From Carcharhinus amblyrhynchos (Eukaryota): a stretch of 64,000 bases of DNA. The stretch lies in the NCBI GenBank assembly GCA_965287045.1, contig OZ336875.1, positions 109,740,001 to 109,804,000 on the forward strand, given 5' to 3'. Both the position numbers and the translations under genes were made by a program. The notes under the pieces were generated by a model, which worked only from the letters and a program-made list of their open reading frames with translations, was not told where the DNA came from and searched no databases. Of the stretch, positions 1 to 12,477 are shown one piece after another (within the stretch, counting starts at the first letter, position 1; each line of letters opens with the position of its first letter).

Positions 1-737
1 GTCACCATCCGCCAATCCGAATAGCACCCGTTGACCCCCACTCTCTGCCTCCTATTTGACAACCAATCCTCTATCCACGCTGACACCCTACCCCCAACTC
101 CCAACTTCCAAGTCCCCACCCTTCTCTCATGTTCTACACCCCCAACCATTCTGCCTGTCTCCCCTACACCCTTTGTGTTCCACACACCCCATCCATACTC
201 TGCCTTCATCTATCCTGGCCTCTGTGGTGTTCTCCACAGGCACCCCCATCCTCAGCCCAACCTCTATCTACCCACTTCCTCGCTGGCCTCATTTGCCACA
301 CCTTGAAGTGGCTTGAAATGCAGACATCTGATATCTTGTAGCAACATTCTTAAAAATAGGCAAAAAACATTGTCTACTGCAAGTCACTGATGAACTGAAG
401 CTTGCCAGATGAGTACCACTTATATAAATTCAGCAAACAGACCATTCTAATTATCATCTAGTGGGCCATTTAATTTGTAGGGGAGGGTACTTCTGCTGAG
501 TTGACCTTTTAATGAGTATTCATGAGATACAAATTAATGTAAATATGGTTCCTGACCTAAACCAGCAGGAAATCCAACCTGCTGTTAATCCATTATCTAA
601 TTTGAGAGAACAAAATTCCAAACTAATTTCCAGCCAGTGGGGAACTGACTTTTTCCGTCATGTCAGTTTAATTACATTTCTTTGCCCAAAGAGTGACGAG
701 CCTGTGAAATTCAGTACCACAGGAAGTAATTGATGCC

Positions 738-905
738 AAAACATTGAATGTATTCAAGGGGCAGCTAGGTGTAGCAGCTGGGGCGAATGGGATGAAAAGT
801 TATGGGAAGAAAGCAGGATTAGATCAACAATGATCATAATGAATGGCGGACCAGGCTCGAAGGGCCAAATGGCCTCCTCCCGCTCCTTCCTTCTGTGTTT
901 CCCAT
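738..905 (+). mobile_element. CR1-type LINE 3' tail fragment
   Basis: gaatggcggaccaggctcgaagggccaaatggcctcctcc...ttctgtgtttc, the CR1/HER1-type 3' end seen repeatedly in the window. Confidence 0.7.
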
Positions 906-1019
906 GGCCCTACTTGCCACAGTGACCCCTGCCAGTGGGGAACTGACTTTCTCCATCAAGCCAATTTAATGGCCTCGCCTGCCACAATAACTACTGCTGG
1001 TGGGAAAATTCCATCCAAG

Positions 1020-1990
1020 GATGAGGATTTTAAAATTGAGGTACTGTGGATTTGGGAGACAGTGAATGTCAACAAGCATAGGGATGATAGGTGAATGAGA
1101 TTTGAAGCTAGTTAAGACTTGGGCCACAGAGTTTTGGCTGAGCATAAGTTTATGTATTGCAGAAAATGGTAGATAGCCTGGTGAACATTTGACTCATCAA
1201 ATCAAGAGGTGACAAATGCAGGAATGAGAGTTTCAGGAGCTGGTGAGATGAGGGAAGGTCCCTTGTCATTAAACAGAAAGTATGGATATGCAATTGGAAA
1301 CTCAACTTAGGACAAAAACAACACAAAGGTTGAAAACTATTTTGTTCAGTTTAAGTTGTCAGGGATGTGATCAGCAAGATTCAAAGACATTGAAGCCTTC
1401 TCAATAATTAGTTGGATAAATTTCTTCTCATCGATTCTTTATGTAGGACAAGCAAAGTGATAAATAAGAGAAAGTTGATGGGTCCACTGAGTAGTGAGAT
1501 AGAGCCAGTTGTCAACATTATATCGCTGAGGGGGTCACATATAGATGGGAAATAGAAGGCCAAGACAGGATATTTGGGGAACTCCAAAGGTAACAGAGTG
1601 AGAAGAGACGCAATTGCAGGTGACTCTGTGGCTATGTTTTGATGGATAATGGAACCAAACCAGGGTATTTCTAACCAGCTGGATGATGGAGAAGAAGCAT
1701 GGGAGGAGGATGGCGTGTTGGAAGCTGCAGATAGGTCGGGGATGTGAAGGGATCGCTTATCCTGGTCGCAGTTACAAAGATATCATTTGTGACTTTAACA
1801 ATGGGTCTTTTCAGGACTGTGGTTGAGTTTGAAACCTGATTGAGTGGATTCAAATGTGAAATTGTGGGAATGAAGGATTTGGGAAGTGACAACTCAAGGA
1901 TTTTGTCTAGGAAAGGGACGTTGAAATGGGGCTGCAGTTTACAAGTACAGAGGATTTTTGAGGAAGGAGATGATAACAACAGCTTTGAAA
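1020..1990 (-). mobile_element. Degenerate L2 LINE RT fragment
   Basis: Minus-strand VPFLDKILE...STTVLKRPIVKVTNDI resembles L2 RT 'LPFLSKILE...STETALVKVTNDI'; boundaries approximate. Confidence 0.7.
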
Positions 1991-3834
1991 GGAGGGGGCA
2001 TAACTTGCAGAAAATTTACATTGAAAATGAACTCTGCAGGAAATGTAATTTTAATATGCAAAGTCAGTACAGAAATCAGCTTAAATTTTGACTTAATTTC
2101 TTTGTAAATATGATTCAGTAAATTACTTACTGAAGTCTTGAATCACAGTTTTGCAAGTTTATAAATAATCATACATCTATTGTTATAGTGTTGTGGAATA
2201 CTGCCTCACTATCTATTTAAAAATTACCCATTTAATAGTCAGTTCTGACTATTGATTTGTAATTACTTAGTCATGTTCTCTCCACAACAGTATAAGCAAA
2301 TAAACTGATCCTAGAAGTTTATGGAACAGTGAGAATTTTTCGAATTGGAGCATTGTTTTGTATTGTTTTTTACCACAGCAGTTTAATTAGGCTGCCTTCC
2401 AATTAGCACATGATGTTGAAGGTCTATTCTATCAAACATCTACAAAGAGAAAGCCATTGAGGCATTAAATAGAGATAGCCACTCATTCCCATTCAACATA
2501 AGGGAAGTGTAACTGATGATTAGGTGACATGATGTTCTAACTGGATACCACTGAGTGAATAGTTGCTGCATGTGGGTTGATGTTCAATTGATTACAATGT
2601 ACAAGAGTACCTGAAATGTGACATTGTTTTGCCAACCATGGAAGGGTGCTTGCTAACTGTTAGCTAGTTGTGATGAACAGTTAGTGTGTTCTTTAAATGT
2701 TTTGAATGTGAAGCATGTGAAATGGACATGTTATAAGCAAACTTTCACTTGTGCAGGACTTAACATTTCTTAGTACTTTTTAGTTTGGGGAGTAAAACTG
2801 GCATGGAGATGAAAGCATCGTACATATGGGAACTGCTATCATTCAGGGTCTCAGGAATAAGGTTACTCAAAGTTCATAATCAGAGCTCATTATAAGCATT
2901 TGGCTTAAACATGCAATCAACAGTAGAACCCACAGATCATTGCTGTCATAGGGCAACCAGACTGAACATAGTTCTTGGATAAATTAATCATGACTATTTT
3001 ATTGCTTCTTGTTACATACAACAGGAACCCTCCACTTACTTACCACATGCAGGGAAGTTTGGAATACCTATGTGATAAGAACCAGGTAGCCCTGGCATGT
3101 AGATTTATAAACTGATTGCACCTCTGTTGAGAATAGAGATACAATGAACAAGTAAATAAATATTTTAATGTGTGCCAGATTTATTTTAGTTTCCCATTTA
3201 GAAAGGAGAGAGCCCAAAATCATTAAAATTATTGTTAGTTTAATGGCTGTTTAAATACTTCAACATTTGTTTTATACTTCTATGGATAACATTTTATAGT
3301 TGTTTTGAAATGTGCATGCACAATTTGTCACGAAGAAATTGCAGTACTTAATACATTTTCTTCATTGCAGAAAATGTGTTATATTACCTAATACCCACAA
3401 TTGGTTTGGTTACTTAGGTGTTTTGGTCTGAAATTTGTAGTAATAATAGTGAAACAGAGTTTTCCCCTGAAACTGATATTAATTTCTGAAGTCTGCACAA
3501 GCACTGTTGAACAAAGAAATCCAAAATTTACCGTCAGTGATTCCACATTATCCGTGGGTTGCACTATTGAAGTCCCTCGGAATGCAATCAATTAGAAATC
3601 ATTGATCTGATCCTGCATTTACATTCTTTTACTGTCAGAATCCTTGCGAAAGTTATGCCTTGCTGAATGAAGTGTAACTGAGTTTTGAACAGTCTATTAA
3701 TTTCATAGTTACTACAATACAATTTCATGGCCACTGAAAGAATATTTTTATGTTTCCTGAGAAATTTCTCCAATATGGCAAATAAAATTTCAAAGATTTT
3801 AAAGTTAATATTTTATCTTTAGAAAAGATTTACA

Positions 3835-4330
3835 GAATCTTCAGGAAAGATTTACCAGGATGTTGCCTGGTATGGAGGGCACTAACTACGAGGAGAGGTT
3901 GGAGAAACTCGGTTTGTTCTCACTGGAGCGACGGAAGTTCAGGGGAAACCTGATAGAAGTCTACAAGATTATAAGAAGCATGGACAGAGTGGATAGTCAG
4001 AAGGTTCTTCCCATGGTGGAAGAGTCAATTTATAGGGGGCGTAGGTTTAAGGTACAAGGGGCAAAGTTTAAAGGAAATGTGTACGAGGCAGATTTTTTTC
4101 ACAGAGAGTGGTGGGTGCCTGGAACTTGTTGCCAGGGGACGTAGTGGAAGCGGATACAGTAATGACTTTTAAGGGGTGGTCTTGACAAGTATGTGAATAA
4201 GGTGGGAATAGAGGGATATGGTCCCCGGAAGGGTAGGGGATTTTAATTAAGTCAGGCAGCGTGGTCGGTGCAGGCTTGGAGGGCCGAAGGGTCTGTTCCT
4301 GTGCTGTAATTTTCTTTGTTCTTTGTTCTA
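3835..4330 (+). mobile_element. CR1 LINE 3' fragment
   Basis: ORF 3860-4144 MLPGMEGTNYEERLEKLGLFSLERRK.RG.LIEVYKI; ends in a ttctttgttctttgttcta tail. Confidence 0.92.
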
Positions 4331-4564
4331 TCCTAGTCCCATGTGTGTATGTTCCAATAATGTATCTTATTATATGTAAATTAAAAGTGAAGGGATTCAG
4401 TGTTTTTTATTTCCTGGTTTGCTGTCTATGAGAATGCATCAATATCTTTTGCTATTTACTCTGCTTAATGATATCACTGCTTTTGGACACATTGAGACCC
4501 CTTTGACACGGTGTCAGAAACAAACTGACATCGGGAAAGGAGGAGTCACTCCATGGAGATGCTA

Positions 4565-4763
4565 GGGCGGAATTTTCCGGTCTTGGAATGAGTGCGCAGG
4601 AAAATCCCACTCTAGCAGTCTTCATGAAGTGTACTCTCCCTTTCCTGATGTGAGCAGTTTGTTTCTGGTCACCCCAAGACCGGAAAATCCCACCTGAGAT
4701 CAACGGACCCCCCCGCCCTCCCGCTATGATTCCCGTGGCAGGCAGGTTGGGAAAATTCCACTC
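4565..4763. mobile_element. PIF/Harbinger-type MITE
   Basis: TIRs gggcggaattttcc / ggaaaattccactc (12/14 match); flanked by a 3-bp CTA duplication. Confidence 0.7.
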
Positions 4764-5159
4764 CTAGACTTTTGTGGACAGCTTTTTGCTGCTGCTTCAT
4801 CACTGACTGCAAAATACAGCCCTTCTATTTCTTTTTGCCATATTATTGTCAGTATATTTCAAAAATTCAGAAATAAATTTCACCCTCATGCACCAATTAC
4901 ACCCTCTTAAGATAAAGATGTGTCTTCCTCCGATGATTTAATATAATTGTGAACACCAATGAATCTCCCATGGCCTTGCTCATAGTTAGTTGCAGGAAGT
5001 GGAATGCCTTTTAACTGTGTTGGCTTTAATCAGTGGAGTGGCAGTGTTTACACCTCTGGAGCAAATACAAGCTGTTGCTGTTACTGATTTAGCATTTCTC
5101 GTTGATTTCAATGCATTGATGGTATGACAGCATTACCAACTCAAATATTTTAATATTTA

Positions 5160-6005
5160 CCAGGGCTGGAGAAAGCAAGTCCAATTACAAACATTGAGCT
5201 AATTGCAACAATTTAAAAAAATGAGACCCTGACTGAGCGTGGAGGCAGTGTTGATTTTAAAGGAGGCCATCAAATGAAGCCATTAAAAAAATATATTATA
5301 CGTGTGCATGGAGTTTTAGGAGCCAAGCCCAATTAAAAATTGTCCACCAACTGAGACTATTGAAGAAATTGTTTTGAAGTAGGTTAGGGTGGGAGGCAAG
5401 TGAACTGGAAAATGCCATTTGAAAATTTACTCTGAGCAGGAGGAATGAAAACTGACAAAGCTGTTTGAAAAAAGTTACCCAAAGATAGGCAAGTGTTAGA
5501 GAAACAAGATTTATGCTGGGGCTGGACAAAGTGAAACCAACGGGCTGTGGAAAAATCCAGCACTGGAGTTAGACTGGAAGAGCAGGGGCTGGTATAGAGG
5601 CCGAGCGATTAATGGAGAACGTGAATGGGGTTCACAGTGCTGTGGAAATTTAAACCAGACAAGGCTGTAGCAAACAGAATTGAAGATTGCAGCTGAGAAG
5701 GAAGTGGAGAACTGGATTGATGATGCTGTAGAGCGTGAGACCAGAAACAGGGCTGGAGCAAGTGGAACTGACAACAAGCTGCTGCTGCCATTAAAAAATT
5801 AACACAGAGCCGATCTGGGGCTAAAGGAAGTGAGGCCGACATAACCAGTGAAAAATTTATTGGTACCTTGACCGGAGCTGGAGGAAGCAGAAGCAATTGA
5901 AAAAAATAATTTACGGTGATCTAGAGTAAAACTGACAGCATCATTAAACTTCAAAGAGGCACTGGGCTTGGAGCAAGAAGGACCATTGACAGCAGAATTA
6001 AAAAA
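5160..6005. repeat. Highly degenerate purine-rich tandem repeat
   Basis: Recurrent (g)ggctggagcaag-like motif at ~5163, 5520, 5663, 5750, 5818, 5877 and 5964. Confidence 0.45.
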
Positions 6006-6599
6006 AAACTATTCCAACAAAAACACCATCATAAATAAAGTTGCAGTCACTTTTTTTAAACTTGGCATAATCTTTTAAAACTTACGCAGAATTTGAAAAA
6101 TATAAAGGAAAGGATTTAACACCGTTATAGCAACAGGTTTAGAGGTTGATTTTTGGATTGCTCAATTAACAATGGTAACTGAAGTGCGAGATTTCCACCT
6201 AGTGGCAGAATGGCCCTATCTGCATTGTTACACTGAGCTGTTTACAATGAAAACTTCCAATAAAAGGTTTAAGAACAATCTGAAACTTAGATGTTGATCT
6301 AACAAAACTAAGAACAATCATGACAGCAAGAACTGGAAAGACTGTGGGTGAAAATTTCCACTTTGAAGAGTAAGTATGGTGGCGGGTGGGAAAGTCAGTG
6401 TGATTCTGCTGGACGGTGCGTTGGAGTTTTCTGTCTGGTTTTGCATTTTCCATCTCATTAGTTAAGCATCAACAAGGAACATGTTGAATCTCGCGGCAGG
6501 GTGGGCAGGGAGGTATTTGTCCACTCTACCATTGATGTCAAAGGTCCTAGCGTCATACTTCAACACGTAGTACAGTTCTGCTTCAGCACATGCCAAAAA

Positions 6600-6830
6600 G
6601 GACAATCCTCTGCCCTATGGTTCAGAAACCCTTCCCGGGGATCCTCCTCCAGGTCATCCTGGAAAGCAGAATGTCCTCTTTCTTCGAAATGGGAGCCAAA
6701 GGTCATCTCACCAGATCACGCCGGCCTGAGAGGAGGTCTCCAGAGAGGTCAGTGCCTATGGCCAACAGTAAAGAACCACAGGAGTGCAGAAAAAGAATGA
6801 ATGATCTGATGTGCTGCACCAAGATAAGTG
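6600..6830 (+). pseudogene. Harbinger Myb/SANT-like DNA-binding ORF relic (downstream part probably ~7370-8150)
   Basis: SKEPQECRKRMNDL matches the CRKR.NDL end of Harbinger Myb/SANT domains; followed by a possible donor near 6826; frameshifted. Confidence 0.7.
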
Positions 6831-7271
6831 AAATTTCTGTTCTGTCCAACCTTACACCCTCTGAAAGGCATCAGACAGTCTAAGGGTTAGAGTCCACTGG
6901 GATGTCACGCATGACCAGCAAATGGAACATCAGCATCGAATGTCTGCTGGCAACTTTAAGCTCACCATCTCATGTAAGGTCCTGCAGAAATTATGTCTTA
7001 ATCCTTTACTGGAAAGGGCTTAGCACACATAACCTAGGACACACAACTGGCATGCGTGCTTCTAAAATACTCTGTCATCCATTGTGCTCATAGTCAATCC
7101 ATCCTCTTTATATAGGACAAGATCTCGACAACCAAAAGGAGAAAACAAAGATCTAAGTTCAGGAGGTTTCCACCTGATTCCTTAGCAAAAGATGAGGTTG
7201 AAATGTTCTGCCTCTCTCTGGCCTTGCCACTGCTGGAGTACATCCATGTGATGGTGTGCAGGTCCGAGCAC

Positions 7272-7350
7272 ACAGATAGGACCTGGGTGGGATTGTGGTC
7301 GGTGCAGACTCGATGGGCCAAATGACCTCATTCCGAACTGCAGGATCCTA
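7272..7350 (+). mobile_element. HE1-type SINE / HER1 3' fragment inserted in the Harbinger element
   Basis: cctgggtgggattgtggtcggtgcagactcgatgggccaaatg matches the 3' end of the SINE at 42668. Confidence 0.65.
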
Positions 7351-8389
7351 AATATATTCACTGTGAAAGATCCGTGAGCTGATGAAACTCTTCTACAAGG
7401 AGCAGGCTGCAGAGCTAGCTGAAGTGGACAGAGATCATTTCTGTATGGAATGCCAGATCGGCCATCCCAAACCAGCTAGTGTCTATCCAGTGTTACATCG
7501 ACAGCATTGGGACCGTGCCTATGAATGTTGGAATCTGCCGAGTCATCACTATCTATACTCTATTTCAGCTACAAGCAAGAAAAGGTGGTAGAAGAGTTCC
7601 AGCAAGCACCTCAGCCCCAATCCCCTTACCACTTCTGATGAGGACGCAAGGAAATTATCCATGTTCTGTCTGATGTCATGTCTCCAGGATGTGAGCACAG
7701 AGATAGTGGCAGCCACCTTGGAGACCCAGGTCCAGAAGCGGATTTGTGTTAGTACCTACCATCGCATGGGTGCAATCCAGCAGCAGCAAGGCCAGAGAGA
7801 GACAGAGCATTTTGACTTTGCTCCAGGATCTTCATTCGCTAATGAATCAAGTAGGGATCCTCAGGCAGCCAAAAGAAGGAGAAGTGCCAGCCAGGTATCC
7901 AGCCAGGATATTCTGCCACTCCGATTCCCCTCTGCTTGTGAACTAATCAATTCCAGTAGGTCAGGCTGAGGAAAGTGTATTTACTCAAGAGTAGGAAACC
8001 CTCAGCAATCCTGGCCCTCCAAGTGTGGGCCATCAGAGAATGCCTACCAATTTCACCTCAGACAACAAACAATAGCAATCAGCAGGCTGGATCCACTTCT
8101 GCTATAGATGTCAGGGCAACACCTGGACATCATGGTAGGGTTAGAAAATTTTAAAATGTTTGGAATACCCAGTAGCGACATGGTTGCTCATTCATTGTAA
8201 ATAATCTGCACAATTGTCAACATATTTTGCATTTTACCTCTCCTGGTCTCAGATATTGAATGACTAATCAATGTGATGCAAGATCCCATGTTAGTTCATG
8301 TACAAACCCCAACAGAAATATCCCCATTTGATCCCTCAATTCCATTAAATCAAATTCAGTCTCATCAGTGATCCTCCCTTAGTTCCACA

Positions 8390-10060
8390 TCTACAACATG
8401 AATAAAGGCACTTCACATGTGAAAATGATGGCAGGATAATGCACATGTGACCCTTGCACCTCAGGCATACATAATATGGTTTCATGAGAATTGGTTATCA
8501 AGGTTAGTGATGATCCTGAAGTCTGCAGTTTGTGGATGATCCAAGCATTTGTCATAACCAATGTTATCGTCTTTCCTCCCAATTGTAAATTACAATGGCA
8601 TTTATTTTATGACTGAATTTATGAGAAAAGTAGCATTCATCATCAAGCACCATGGCCTTTCATGCCTCCCTGCAGCATGTTTTTGTCTTTGTGTTTCAGG
8701 CTGAACTTTATTTCTTTTTTAATTCCTATTCATCCCATGCATAACTCTAAATGATGAAAATCGATCCCAGCAATGACATTTGAAATGTCTACTCGAGGGG
8801 AATGTACCAACCGAATCAACAACAGCTTCTTCCCTGCTGTTGTCAGACTTTTAAATGGACTTACCTTGCATTAAGTTAATCTTTCTCTACACCCCAATTA
8901 TAATTGTAACACTACACTCTGCACTCTCTCGTTTCCTTCTCTATGAATGGTATGTTTTGTCTGTATAGCGTGCAAGAAACAATACTTTTCACTGCATGTT
9001 AATACATGTGACAGTAATAAATCAAATCAAATCAAATGAGTGTGTGATATCAGAGGTGTGTGCTTGCCGTGATGAAGCCACGGACATAACTGTGAAATCG
9101 CACTTTGGTCCTGAACAGCTGTCGAGCATTACATTGCGGAATCCTTTGGTAAAGGCATAGTTTGCCAATCTATATGGAATTCAATGCATGACCGTGCACT
9201 CATTGACCTCTGGTTCATCGAAAGAATTGGCCTTTGTGAGATGGTCAGTGTCAAGGACTGTAATGCTATGAAATTGATACTTCCGCACATCCGAGTGCTC
9301 AGTAGGATCTGTGAAGGAAGAAGTTGTCATTCACTGATGTGCCAGTGCTGACTAGGCCACATCTCTCCCAACTGCCAAGGTAGTGTAGGTCACAAACTTA
9401 GTAGGCTACCGGTGAATGCAGAGTGAGTGTCAACAATCAAACAAGGATCCCACTGAGCCATTCTTTGTGAAAACAATGTGAACTTGCAACTCTGGATGCA
9501 TGTTATTGAGTAACAGGTCACTGCATCCTGATGTCCAATAACATCTTGGGGCTCGGTAGCAAGGTGAGGCATCTGCATTATTCATGCATGGCAGCTAGCA
9601 CTTGGAGAGATGGTGGCATCTGGATGTAGCTTCCTCTTGAGAGTGTCAAGCACTAACCATTGACAAATATAGTTTTCCTGTTGGAACTGCCTTGCTAAGC
9701 GACTGTCATACTAGCATGAGTGTATCCATGTGTGCAAAGGCATTTAAGCTGCATGAAGGATGCTATGCCCAGTGACTTGTCGACACCATGGTTGAAAGGG
9801 TTGCACTGTTTTTTTGCTTAAGGCGATTTAGTGGTGGAAAGCTGATCACATTCCCCAGCGTTCACATATTCTCTTGGCTACTGATTCTTCCAAAGATTAC
9901 AACACTGGTAGCGTTGAATGTGATTTATGCTTCCACCATGATCATTGTGAGATTAATGGCCTTTCATGATATGTTGACTTTGACAATGAATGTTTTGTTC
10001 TGTCTACTGCATCGAGGCTTGGTGCACTTTGATTGTTAAAGCTTCTCCACCTTAATCTTG
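8390..10060 (-). pseudogene. Putative KDZ/Zisupton-like (HMGXB3-like) ORF relic inside the Harbinger element
   Basis: In order on - across frameshifts: CTKPRC..; QWDP...HSAFTGSLL; MCG..ITVLD; AFTKGF...FTV.PWLHHGKHTPLISHT; DHPQT.SGSS..LDNQF/HE..MPEVQG. Recognised from memory only. Confidence 0.5.
8795..9037 (+). mobile_element. Rex-Babar-type LINE 3' tail nested in the Harbinger element
   Basis: aacagcttcttccctgctgttgtcagac...aataaatcaaatcaaatcaaat; homologous to 50210-50440 in reverse. Confidence 0.8.
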
Positions 10061-10077
10061 TAGAAATCTAGTAGCTA

Positions 10078-11060
10078 TTAGTTTATCACAGACACATCTG
10101 CCAAATCATTCCGGTGGAATGGCATCCTCATGTGATTCATCTGAATTGTGGCCTGTTTCACATACATTCCCTTCCGAACCCTCTTTGTCCCAGGAGACAT
10201 TAAGCTTTCAGGTCTCTCTCTAACAACACCCAACACCACTCCCTCACCCCCCCAGCCCCCACCATTTGCAACACTAGATTGTGCAGGGCACAGCAAACAC
10301 TGATGATGCAAAACACTTTCTGTGGTGAGAATTAGAAAGTCGCCCCAACCACTCCAGTCATGGGGAACATACCTTTAAGAGGTCAGTAGTGTACACTACT
10401 CAAGACTGATGGTTGAATGTGCCGCACTGCATCTCTCCTTGGATGCACTCTATGGCTGACGACAGGGCATCATTGTCCATATCGTTTGGGCATATCCCTT
10501 ACCACTGAGGAGTTAACCCTCCAATAACTGATCTCCCTCAAATATCTCTGGCACCTGGGAGAGACTCAAAATGTATGAATCATGTGAGCTTCCTGGGTGC
10601 CTAGCTGGATCTGTTTGCAGTGATCACAAATTAGCTGGCCAGTTAGAATGAAATCCTTTTCTATTAATGAATCTCACAGGCTATTGGCAGATAACTCGAG
10701 GCCACGTGTGTAGTCACTGGTGCCCTGCATTTATGGAAATCCTGAAATCGCAATGAATCCCAAATTCTGTAAGTCTGGTTTGCTTCATCCTTGCAGAACA
10801 GTATGCTTTACTGAAAAGGATATCTCCTACCTACCTTAGACAACTGTCATTGATTATGAGATTCCACCAAGGTCCCCAGTGGAGCCCTGGAAGGATTTGC
10901 TGGCAAAAATTTTCACTGCGGTAACAAACGTCGGAGCACTAGCAGGTGTTTCTCATAGAGAATGTAGAAAATATGCGCTACTACATCCCTAGACAGATAA
11001 AGATGCCTGTGATACTGTCATCAGATCATCAAGAATGCAGTGTTGACCATAGCCTGCATT
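10078..11060 (-). pseudogene. Harbinger (HARBI1-like DDE) transposase relic
   Basis: Minus strand: FASKSFQGSTGDLGGIS (~10860-10910), GFP*MQGTSD.THVA (~10700-10745), FINRKGFHS/QLICDH (~10620-10672), ARHPGSSHDSYIL (~10568-10606), SGKGY, IISVCCALHNL (~10270-10310); stops and frameshifts. Confidence 0.9.
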
Positions 11061-12477
11061 TGCCACTCCTGCTTGTATCTGTGAACATACACAATTCAAC
11101 AATCAATGGTAGTTTTCGTTGAATGGTGTCCCTCCGTATACAAAGCAGCAAACTGCACATGGCATACCAAGCCCATCCCATCCAGGTGGCTGAGCTTTAC
11201 GCTCAGATGTGACTGCATATTCACAGCAAGGATCTGAATTAGGGTTCAAAGACCCAAGTCCATGGATCTATTGTTGGGCTTCTGGTGATCATTTTCCAGT
11301 GGCCTTGACAATAACAATTGATATCCAGTCCTTTCACTTATGTCATGACTGTAAGCATGTACCTTGATTGCTATGACAGTGCATTCCGAAAGTGGTGGTT
11401 TGTAGGATTTATGTTATCCTTTGGAAAGTAGACATGGCCCTTGATTGTTTGACCCTACATCCATTCTGACATGTTTCTGAAAAGATCACATGTTAGTTAA
11501 GACCATATGCACCAATCCCCTGAATGAGCACCATTATTCAAGAAGCCAAGCTCGTTCATTGTGAATTAGACCCTCGAATCTAGCAACCATCTGGCCCATG
11601 TTTTAAGCAGTATAATAATAGAGTACCCTTTCAAGTGGCCAGACGTTGTTGTCCTGAACTCCTCTCACATAATCAGAGACACCTTTCCGATCAAATCTTT
11701 CTAGCTTATTTTTTGAACTGCATCATTTCTGAGGAAGATCAAAAATGGTGCTGCTGCCTTTCATCCGGGAGACCTGCTTCCAACTCTTCCTTCAGCCTCA
11801 AACCCACCAGGTTTGTTCCATCTACCTTCAAATTCCCCAACTCCTGATTTGTCTTCCTTCTGTCACTATCCAACCTCCCCCTATTAGCCTTGATCCCATC
11901 ATTGCTAGTGTGGATATTCCTGTTCTTCCCCTGAACGCTTTAACGTTGGTATCCTCATGTTCTTTATCGACTTGACCCCTCCCCTTCTTGAGGCCATTGC
12001 ATCCTTACTGGAATGCCTTCCCTCCATGAGAGCATCCAGTACCCCCATGACTTTTCAGCTATTGATTTACAGGATCCAGATGCCTCCCCTGAACATTACA
12101 ATCCTTCTGCCTCGGAATATTATGACTTAAACTTCCAGGTCTGCTTTCTTAGGTGACAGACCATGCGCCTCTACACCATACTGTGCAGGACATCATTGCT
12201 CAGAAAGACCTTTCCTTGCCCGACACCAGGACCAAGACGTGTGCCATGCAGAACCCTCTTTCATGGCCTATACTGCCCCAGTATAGCCTCTTCAATATTC
12301 CCCTGCCAATGAGGCCTCAGCCTCAGGACAGCCTCTTCCTCTTCCTTGGATAGTCTTATAACTTCTGCCCTTCGACAATCTTTTACTACTGCACTCTGTT
12401 CTTTGACAATCCGCTAGTACTGCCTTTCTCTCCCCATTTTGCTCTCATTTTCTCCTCCATCAGTCCTGCCTCCATGA

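Larger units (their letters stand above)
6346..11100. mobile_element. Decayed PIF/Harbinger DNA transposon (Myb/SANT ORF on +, transposase on -, putative KDZ-like ORF between)
   Basis: Left end gggtgaaaatttcc resembles the MITE TIRs; ECRKRMNDL on +; full set of HARBI1-type motifs on -; right end not identified. Confidence 0.8.

Noticed and set aside
31-341. Pro/Thr/His-rich ORFs in three frames
   Set aside because: A C-rich low-complexity tract is naturally depleted of stop codons; no splice or homology support.
3025-3085. Possible upstream LRRIQ1 exon (acag|GAACCCTCC...AACCAG|gtagc, 'NPPLT')
   Set aside because: The frame needed to join the 13710 exon (phase 2) contains TGA, the donor is weak, and the peptide does not resemble the expected LRR.
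9390-9578. Retroviral aspartic protease (LIVDT)
   Set aside because: No DTG/DSG motif and no gag, RT or LTR context; the flanking motifs fit a KDZ-like relic better.
10078-11060. Domesticated HARBI1 gene
   Set aside because: Multiple stops and frameshifts and an intronic transposon context indicate a dead element.
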